A DNA stretch of 64,000 nucleotides, taken from contig JBAYOB010000001.1 of assembly GCA_041678505.1 (NCBI GenBank), forward strand, positions 1,667 to 65,666, read 5' to 3'. Source of the stretch: Candidatus Dojkabacteria bacterium. Its GTDB lineage: Bacteria > Patescibacteriota > Dojkabacteria > SC72. Positions 58,301 through 64,000 of the stretch are shown one piece after another. Every line of letters starts with the position of its first letter. Position 1 is the stretch's first letter. Under the pieces are notes generated by a model that made no database searches, was not told the origin of the DNA, and saw only the letters and a program-made list of their open reading frames with translations. The position numbers and the translations under genes were made by a program.

Positions 58301-59943
58301 TCTCGTACTAAGTTTTGATTCTTTTGAATTTCTATTTGCCCTACTCCCGAATGGATTAATTTCCCAGCAGCAATAGATGTAAATGTTAAGTTTGCAAGAG
58401 TATTTCCTGTTTTGATCCCTAATGTCTTGTTGACTAAATCAAAGTAGGTGCTTCTTTCATTAGAAAGTAGGTTCTCTACATCAGTTGCTTCCAAACTTAC
58501 AAATTTGGTTATTATCTCTACTGCAAGTTTTTTCCTGTCATCTTCAGCACTGTTGTTCCATGCCTCAGATGTTAAATTGATAAGCTCTTCATTATCAAGG
58601 GTATCTATAAAGCTTTCGATATTAATACCTATAATTTCCTCCATAGGGTATTCCTGAGTACTTGTTGGTAAATCACGAAAACCTATATTAGTTATATCTA
58701 CTTCCTTTCTGATGTCGTTTCCTTGATTATCTTTTTCTGTATAATGTACATATTTATATTTAGGATCACCTGTTTGTTTATATAGATAGTTAAGTGCGGC
58801 TATAGCTGTTTTCTGAGCTGTTTTTACTTCATCTGGAGATAAATTGGGATCTTGTATGTCGCTAATAACTTTACTGATATCTATACCCTCTCTCTTAACA
58901 TACCCTAAATTTTTAAGTTTGTTATATCTTCTCTGTTCAAAGGAATTCAAATACGAATCTAATAGTTCTTGTTGCTTTTTATTTAAATCACTTTCTAGTT
59001 TTGCTTGCATCCCAATTTCTATTGCAGTAGAACCTACTACCATAGCGATAGGTAATGCTGGTCCTACACCGGGTATTAAAGCAGGAAGTAACATTCCAGC
59101 ACCTCCCTTCATAAGACCTGATACCGCAAGACCTGTAGCTACTCCTTTTAAAAACCCCTTATCTTTTATCAATTCAGAAACAGTTTTCCCTTGTTCTTTA
59201 GCTGATATTTTCATTCCTTCATAGACTTTATATGCAGTGTAACCACCAAGCCCTAACATTATGGCTCCAGCTCCTATGGCCCCTGCAGGTCCTAGGGTTG
59301 CTATGGCTAAGCCTGTTCCTTTTGCTACTGCAAGAGAACCAGCTACAGATATTCCTATTTGGGATACTAAACCCTTCCATCTCTGTCCTGAAAACATTCT
59401 CTTAATAGTTGCAAAATATCCATTATTTGTTTTACCAGCCTCTTCGATTTCTTTCTTTTCTTCTTGCGAAAGAGGAACTAGAGCATTTGCTCTTTCTACG
59501 ATGACCGTATTTATTTGTTCTGTTTGATTGGATATATCTTGTTCAGGAGTGTCTTGTTGCTCCTCCATAGGTCTAGGATCTCCGGTCAAAGCAATATCTA
59601 CAGCACTTCTTATTAAATTAGAGTCAGAACTTTCCTCTGGTATAGCTGTGTTTGTTTCATCAGGAGTATCTTGTTGCCCCTCCATGGGTCTAGGACCTCC
59701 GGCCATAGCAATATCTATAGCACTTCTTATTAAATTAGGGTCAGAACTTTCCTCTGGTATAGCTGTGTTTGTTTCATCAGGAGTATCTTGTTGCTCCTCC
59801 ATAGGTCTAGGACCTCCGGCCATAGCAATATCTACAGCACTTCTTATCAAATTAGAATCAGAGCTTTCCTCTGGTATAGGTGTAGAGATATTTCCTTCAG
59901 AAGGAGTCTCGTCTTCTCTACTGTTTCCTATTTCTGGGTCCAT
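55303..59943 (-). CDS. 1546-aa multidomain membrane-associated protein with N-terminal repeats and C-terminal J-domain-like segment
   Basis: Uninterrupted ORF; Gly/Ala-rich hydrophobic helices; DLDGDGAAD; LKRAHPDLN near the C-terminus. Confidence 0.75.
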   Translation of the reverse strand: MDPEIGNSREDETPSEGNISTPIPEESSDSNLIRSAVDIAMAGGPRPMEEQQDTPDETNTAIPEESSDPNLIRSAIDIAMAGGPRPMEGQQDTPDETNTAIPEESSDSNLIRSAVDIALTGDPRPMEEQQDTPEQDISNQTEQINTVIVERANALVPLSQEEKKEIEEAGKTNNGYFATIKRMFSGQRWKGLVSQIGISVAGSLAVAKGTGLAIATLGPAGAIGAGAIMLGLGGYTAYKVYEGMKISAKEQGKTVSELIKDKGFLKGVATGLAVSGLMKGGAGMLLPALIPGVGPALPIAMVVGSTAIEIGMQAKLESDLNKKQQELLDSYLNSFEQRRYNKLKNLGYVKREGIDISKVISDIQDPNLSPDEVKTAQKTAIAALNYLYKQTGDPKYKYVHYTEKDNQGNDIRKEVDITNIGFRDLPTSTQEYPMEEIIGINIESFIDTLDNEELINLTSEAWNNSAEDDRKKLAVEIITKFVSLEATDVENLLSNERSTYFDLVNKTLGIKTGNTLANLTFTSIAAGKLIHSGVGQIEIQKNQNLVRDQYRNALNNQNANVSQYKDHTGRDVNLIDLDGDGAADLVHVPNTNEFYAKNTVGAEKLFEIQNPGFGKVSVSEFTGSNTGIMGTIVGQQGEVVGIIHSDSSGNLSIMNQSQLTGALKASMSDGSTASMSISNIQANGDTVVQINGTAHNINLAQLSSIPGSESISVTEGTPSSSIIKVETGDSVPSLLDKILTVAKEYNPNMQGEKHELQNFLYRDGGGHNINDANIRTEFGLNNPVQPAEQFEITNSPTVMRWLQQLNNGLPVNFPASSPGQTITQSSPGINFNFEATVDSIDLTTLVDTTPNLTLNTLGITSSLAIASLFPAKEGRIIRETILSIPELNVEIPKPEPVDPLLEEYTREILITQVFGKDYTDKNYKFMPNGQIFIMGNHSFTLTNLGWFMDSQPIEIEDLVDTLLSQENDTKIEVLTNVLDNISSADGQRGRRRINLFPHGNNGGFQKVQSGIKENSTWVEWGTMKPIEEREIITSRVLAQRILRIKEEEAGSFVGNIPLDEEITSSEQSYQSSTPEQVLEDSPFTQGEIAYGIHTLESDDAERILDKVIIEGDLYQGKTLTAEILREKGLSPKYRINMENSVIWLSSSAYRIMGNRLAVVAYVEQEDKVYARSYYLSNSSATWRLLPYYSLDPNDNSSIGWYGKGWSEESLGLPIPISKALSEITKDENSILAIDDAEFVFAGTARLGTKYNQVNNTESEKYSYYQEINENPRELKNFPYTTGSNEKVPPEELVLTEEESPNYSNLIDTWSQRSLFYGGEVTVEVYPSNDNSLRYTLYKDTKGRVWIGGIHEEGNITSTGLHRNWIKGGDLITPAFEYESQAEGYGNPGLRNGLYVDMYENYISKIPIIQEYLRYKGNFTDGDSASSEQSEHEQPEQKYDPFWGFNKDSSDPIEQQSYNFLETVRNLPIQILAKLLDNGPSSLTEAEKIFLIRKQRSQFKDWRKVYINILKRAHPDLNTTSTTEQHEEGEKLTYILHAFYSIINDAN
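59545..59877 (-). repeat. 117-bp (39-aa) tandem repeat, about 2.85 copies
   Basis: IPEESSDSNLIRSAVDIAMAGGPRPMEEQQDTPDETNTA repeated with near-identical DNA. Confidence 0.93.
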
Positions 59944-59965
59944 TACTTAAAAATCATAAATTATA

Positions 59966-60442
59966 TTATTCCCCATTAATAATTCTATCTACCCCTTCAT
60001 AATCTCCAGCTTCAAGTAACTCTTTTGCCTTATCAATCTCTTGTTCAGATAATTGCGATATTTTAATATGTAAGTCTTTTGTATTTACTATCTCTTCTAG
60101 TGTGTCTTTTATCAACGAATCCATTATTTCAGAGTTTATAGTTTCCAAATCTTTATTTGTCTTATTTAATAGAAATTTATTCAATACAAGCAGTTGTTGC
60201 GCACTATTTGCTCCAGAATCAACAAAATCTTTCCATTTGCTAAATTCTTCATCATTCATTAAGGCACTTATTTTTGCTAATGTTTGCTTAATACTTGTAG
60301 TAGACAAGCTAAAAACGAGAGTTTCTATCTGTTCATCATTGAAACCTAGATTTTGAAGATTGCTGGTGAAAGTCTTTAACTTTTCCTCTAGAAGGTCACT
60401 ATCTTGTACGAGAGAAGATAGACTTTGTTGGGCAGAATCCAT
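59966..60442 (-). CDS. small acidic all-helical hypothetical protein
   Basis: 158 aa, ends 22 bp upstream of the giant ORF on the same strand. Confidence 0.7.
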   Translation of the reverse strand: MDSAQQSLSSLVQDSDLLEEKLKTFTSNLQNLGFNDEQIETLVFSLSTTSIKQTLAKISALMNDEEFSKWKDFVDSGANSAQQLLVLNKFLLNKTNKDLETINSEIMDSLIKDTLEEIVNTKDLHIKISQLSEQEIDKAKELLEAGDYEGVDRIINGE

Positions 60443-60546
60443 ACATTACTTTTACCAAATTATACGTAAACATATAGTAGTAATTAAAAAGGGAAAAGTC
60501 AATAAAAACATATTAAAATGATGACTAACATACTCTTAAAAACACA

Positions 60547-62496
60547 CTACTGTTTTCCAATAGCTTTGAAAGAGGTGTTCAACACATTTTCTTTCTTAAC
60601 GACATTAAATCTTACTATTTCTTGAATAGCTTCAAAACCATGTTTAAACCATCTCATCTTTTTACCCTCTTGCTCTGTTCTTGGATTATAGTAAATATCT
60701 AGTTCTTTAACATTAAGTTTCTTTTTATTTACTTTTCTGTAACTTGCAAATTTAGCGGTAGATTCAGGTTCTAAACCAAAGTTTGTAGTAGATACTAAAG
60801 AAGAGAAAACATCTCTTACAATATCCCCTCTACCCATCTTGTAACAGGTCTCCATATCTTTTACTCTAAAACCTTTTGAGAAAGTAAATAGATTAGAAAC
60901 AGTAGTAACAAACTTGTTTCCTAAAAGATGAGTTTTGTTTATAAAGGTATTACCTTTGTTAAATCTGTTACCGTATATTAAATCGGTGTATGGTTGAGTG
61001 ATAAAGATATCTACAAATCTTGCCAAGTCATTAGGTTTGTATTCTAAGTCAGCATCCTGTACTACTACGAGGTCTCCCGTACTATGTAATACTCCATGTT
61101 TAACTGTCTGAGATTTTCCTAAGTTCTCATGGTTATGTAAAAGTTTATATTCAGAATCATTACTATTTGCTCTCTTTACAAAAGATTTTACTAATTCAGC
61201 TGTACTATCAGTAGATTTATCATTAACTATTATTATCTCTTTTGTAATACCGTTGGATAGTTCAATGTCATTAACCTTTTTAAGAAGTTTAAGTATAGTG
61301 TTCTCCTCATTGTAAACAGGTATGACGATTGAAAGTTTACTTATATTCTCAGCGTAAAGATGATCATAGAAGATGTTTTCATAATATTTATTAACCATAG
61401 CTTTGTTAGAGAAATTCTCTTTTGTTAATATTGCAATACTATTATGCATATCTTTCTTTTTACTATCCTCTATTGCCATAGCTAATCTCCTAGACATATC
61501 GGCAGCATTTCCTCTAACAAAGATATATTTTTCTGTTCCTGTCGTTCTTGCTATTTCTCTGTTACTTGGTGCATTAGAAAGAACAGGAATATTACCAAAA
61601 GCACAAGCTTCTAAAATACCTAAAGCTAATCCTTCGCTTAGAGAGCTGTTAACATAGATTTTAGATTTTCTCAGAAGTCTAAAAAGATCCTCCTGCTTTA
61701 TAAATTTGGGGATAATCTCAATATTCTTAGGAAGATTTTTGTATTTCTTTAATGATTTACCCTCACCAATTAATACAAATTTCCAATCTGGATATCTTTT
61801 GGCAATCTTTCTGTATCCTCTTAAAGCAGTACTAGGATCCTTTACCTCTATCCATTTAGCTGCCCACACAACGATATTTTCTTTCTTTCCTGAATCATTC
61901 CTTATCTCTTTAGAATCATGCCCGTTGTATATCACATCTATAGCATCTCTCTCAATATTAAATGTTTTTGATGCCCATTTTCTTCCTGTTTCTGATACAG
62001 TTATTACATTTTCTGCAAATTTAGGAACAAACTTAAATATATTCCCATCTGCCCATTTTGCTAATTCTGTTGTAAATTTAGTACTAAAGAATGCATTTCC
62101 TGCATTATGCTCAATAACGGTATATTTATGACCTAGTACTATACAAAGTAATGCAGCAATAATGCTACTTGTTACATGTCTACTATGGATAATTACCTTT
62201 GCGTTGGTGTTCTTTCTTAAAAGATTGAAAAGATGTATTGTAAATCCAATGCCAAATATAGGGTATGTGCCATTAAAGATGTTTTTAACTTTAAAACTAT
62301 TTAATTCGAAACCATCTATAGTTGTTCTATATTTCTTGTCAGAACCGAATACTGATATACAACTAAGGCCTTTTTTCTGTAATCCTGATACAAGATTGTA
62401 AGCCATGTTCTCCAATCCCCCTACCCTAGGATAGAAGAAATGAGAGATTGATATCAAATCATATTTATTTTTCTGTTTTTTATCAAAAATCTTCAT
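60547..62496 (-). CDS. GT4-GT2 fusion glycosyltransferase
   Basis: FYPRVGGLE and SEGLALGILEA (GT4); SIVIPVYNEE, QDADLEY, DMETCYK (GT2, DPM synthase-like); start set at MKIFD. Confidence 0.88.
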   Translation of the reverse strand: MKIFDKKQKNKYDLISISHFFYPRVGGLENMAYNLVSGLQKKGLSCISVFGSDKKYRTTIDGFELNSFKVKNIFNGTYPIFGIGFTIHLFNLLRKNTNAKVIIHSRHVTSSIIAALLCIVLGHKYTVIEHNAGNAFFSTKFTTELAKWADGNIFKFVPKFAENVITVSETGRKWASKTFNIERDAIDVIYNGHDSKEIRNDSGKKENIVVWAAKWIEVKDPSTALRGYRKIAKRYPDWKFVLIGEGKSLKKYKNLPKNIEIIPKFIKQEDLFRLLRKSKIYVNSSLSEGLALGILEACAFGNIPVLSNAPSNREIARTTGTEKYIFVRGNAADMSRRLAMAIEDSKKKDMHNSIAILTKENFSNKAMVNKYYENIFYDHLYAENISKLSIVIPVYNEENTILKLLKKVNDIELSNGITKEIIIVNDKSTDSTAELVKSFVKRANSNDSEYKLLHNHENLGKSQTVKHGVLHSTGDLVVVQDADLEYKPNDLARFVDIFITQPYTDLIYGNRFNKGNTFINKTHLLGNKFVTTVSNLFTFSKGFRVKDMETCYKMGRGDIVRDVFSSLVSTTNFGLEPESTAKFASYRKVNKKKLNVKELDIYYNPRTEQEGKKMRWFKHGFEAIQEIVRFNVVKKENVLNTSFKAIGKQ

Positions 62497-62583
62497 AGAA
62501 ATGGTGTCTTTAAAGTATTTTATATAATCTAACAGTACTACATTATACCACAAAAACACCCCATAGTAAATCTCGCCCTAAGG

Positions 62584-64000
62584 CTAGTTAGGTACGACTA
62601 AAAGTCTGAAATTGCTGTCTAAATACACAATTTCATACCCTTTTGAAAGGAGAAATAAACCTAATTCCTCAATATCAGGTATTCCATAATTATTATTTAT
62701 CTCATACTCATACATAGAGTTTAGCCAAGGAATATTATCTTGGTTCACATATCTCTTTTTTGAGTAGATTCTGCTAGAAAGAAGGATACACAGGTTGTTC
62801 CTTTTAATATCTCCTGCGATTAAGAGTTCTTCATATGTTCTTTCTTTTGGTGAATTTACAAACTCTACAAGTGCTTCTCTTGTTTTTAGCTCCTGATAAT
62901 GTCCTCCAGCAGTTTGATAATCTGTATAGCTTGCTACTATTAATTGGGTATATGGATCAGAAACTATTTGACAATCATATTTGTTGTTTTTTAAATGCAT
63001 AACTATCCCATTATCATCATTTGAAATAGCAGATATTTTACCCGTATTTTGAGTATAGAAAAGGTTGTATTTTTGTGAGTTTAGGAGATAGAAAGGGAGA
63101 GAAGAGGTAAAGAGAATAGAAAGGATAGTTATAGCAAGTATTTTGTTTGTTCTTAAGTCTAAGAGAAGTAAACATATGAGTAATATCATAAAGACAGTAC
63201 TTCCAAGTAAAAACTTGTTTGCATATGTAGGGCCTAAAAAGAAAAGAGATAGAGATACTGATATGTAAAAAATTGCGAATAAAGAGATGTTTCCTTTGTC
63301 CTTTTTCTTAAAGATAAAATATACAGCTGCAATAATTAGTGGTATTAAAAGAGGACCGTACTGTGTGGCTAGGAACTTTAAGTTATCAGGGAAATAATAG
63401 TTACTTAGATACCCTATCTGCTCTATATCTTGAATTTGTAGTAACTTTTCAATACTAAATCCTCTTAAGTTGGCAAAAAAAGTAATAATTACACTTAAAA
63501 AGGATAGTAGTGTAAATGTTTTAGCTAATCCGAAGTTTTTAGGTTTGCTGTGTGGATTGAATACAGTAATAGAAATTATTGAAAGTGCAGTGAAGAGAGG
63601 ACCGAATATGAAGTGTGTAGATATTAATATTGGTGTAACTAGGAGGACCTTTTTCCAGTTTAAGTTTTTTTCTAAAAGAATATTTAAGAAAAGGAAAAAT
63701 GTAAGTGTTTGAGGAAGAATGAAGTTAAAAGAGTGTGCGCCTATTTCAAATACAAAAATAGCTGATAATGATGCTAAAAAGGAGATTGTTTTGTCTTTAA
63801 TATGTCTGTTTAAGAAGAGAGAGATAAGTAATGAGGAAACAGCAATAAAGGCAATGTTTAAGGATACTTCTGCTATTCCAATATTTAGGTTTGATCCTAC
63901 TGTATGTACTGTTTGGATGGTGTGGTAATATGTCGTATATCCAAGTTTTTTAAACAAAGAGGAACATTGGTTTGGTGTTATACACAAATTGCCATCTGTC
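62584..64000 (-). CDS. polytopic membrane protein, GT-C-like, 5' end beyond the window
   Basis: Many TM helices, LPQT, THF, then a soluble C-terminal domain with IVSDPYT. Confidence 0.55.
   Translation of the reverse strand, partial: TDGNLCITPNQCSSLFKKLGYTTYYHTIQTVHTVGSNLNIGIAEVSLNIAFIAVSSLLISLFLNRHIKDKTISFLASLSAIFVFEIGAHSFNFILPQTLTFFLFLNILLEKNLNWKKVLLVTPILISTHFIFGPLFTALSIISITVFNPHSKPKNFGLAKTFTLLSFLSVIITFFANLRGFSIEKLLQIQDIEQIGYLSNYYFPDNLKFLATQYGPLLIPLIIAAVYFIFKKKDKGNISLFAIFYISVSLSLFFLGPTYANKFLLGSTVFMILLICLLLLDLRTNKILAITILSILFTSSLPFYLLNSQKYNLFYTQNTGKISAISNDDNGIVMHLKNNKYDCQIVSDPYTQLIVASYTDYQTAGGHYQELKTREALVEFVNSPKERTYEELLIAGDIKRNNLCILLSSRIYSKKRYVNQDNIPWLNSMYEYEINNNYGIPDIEELGLFLLSKGYEIVYLDSNFRLLVVPN

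Noticed and set aside
59545-59877. CRISPR array
   Set aside because: Repeats are contiguous in-frame 117-bp coding units with no unique spacers, and no cas genes are present
428-63928. Numerous 60-216 aa antisense ORFs (e.g. 44329-44889, 57230-57880, 20885-21382)
   Set aside because: Shadows of well-supported genes on the opposite strand, with no motifs of their own
53452-64000. Replication terminus/dif at the xer gene, suggested by the switch to minus-strand genes after 55.3 kb
   Set aside because: By eye, minus-strand genes beyond 55 kb still favour C-ending codons like earlier minus-strand genes, so skew does not appear to flip; the dif-like candidates (53662-53689, 53761-53787) have a poor second arm or wrong spacer. 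A cumulative GC-skew plot would settle it.
1-64000. Alternative genetic code (UGA=Gly) as in Gracilibacteria/Absconditabacteria
   Set aside because: Conserved genes are intact under code 11, and TGA terminates ybeY and ruvC at expected lengths

Overview
Low-GC, gene-dense bacterial chromosome segment using the standard genetic code (TGA is a stop). Gene content and protein style point to a Patescibacteria/CPR genome, most like Ca. Dojkabacteria (WS6); this taxonomy is inferred, not searched. Housekeeping genes dominate (rpsU, ybeY, pth, a shortened mfd, dnaX-ybaB-recR, cysS, rnhC, cca, ychF, rpsF-ssb-rpsR, prfA-prmC, rpmE, dnaB, yebC-ruvCAB), with tRNA-Ser(TGA) and tRNA-Leu(CAA). Accessory content includes: an archaeal-type AMP-salvage module (beta-CASP nuclease, ribose-1,5-bisphosphate isomerase, AMP phosphorylase; no RuBisCO in the window); a four-gene WxL/Csu-like surface-fibre cluster; LPXTG-like proteins; two transglutaminase-fold proteins; a GlmL-like gene pair; an orphan VirD4-like ATPase; a Xer-like recombinase with two large insertions behind a motif-rich 470-bp spacer; a 1546-aa repeat protein ending in a J-domain-like HPD segment; and glycosyltransferases. 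At least ten genes have a -10 hexamer only 5-7 nt before the start codon and no Shine-Dalgarno, suggesting widespread leaderless expression. No CRISPR array, rRNA or IS element was seen.
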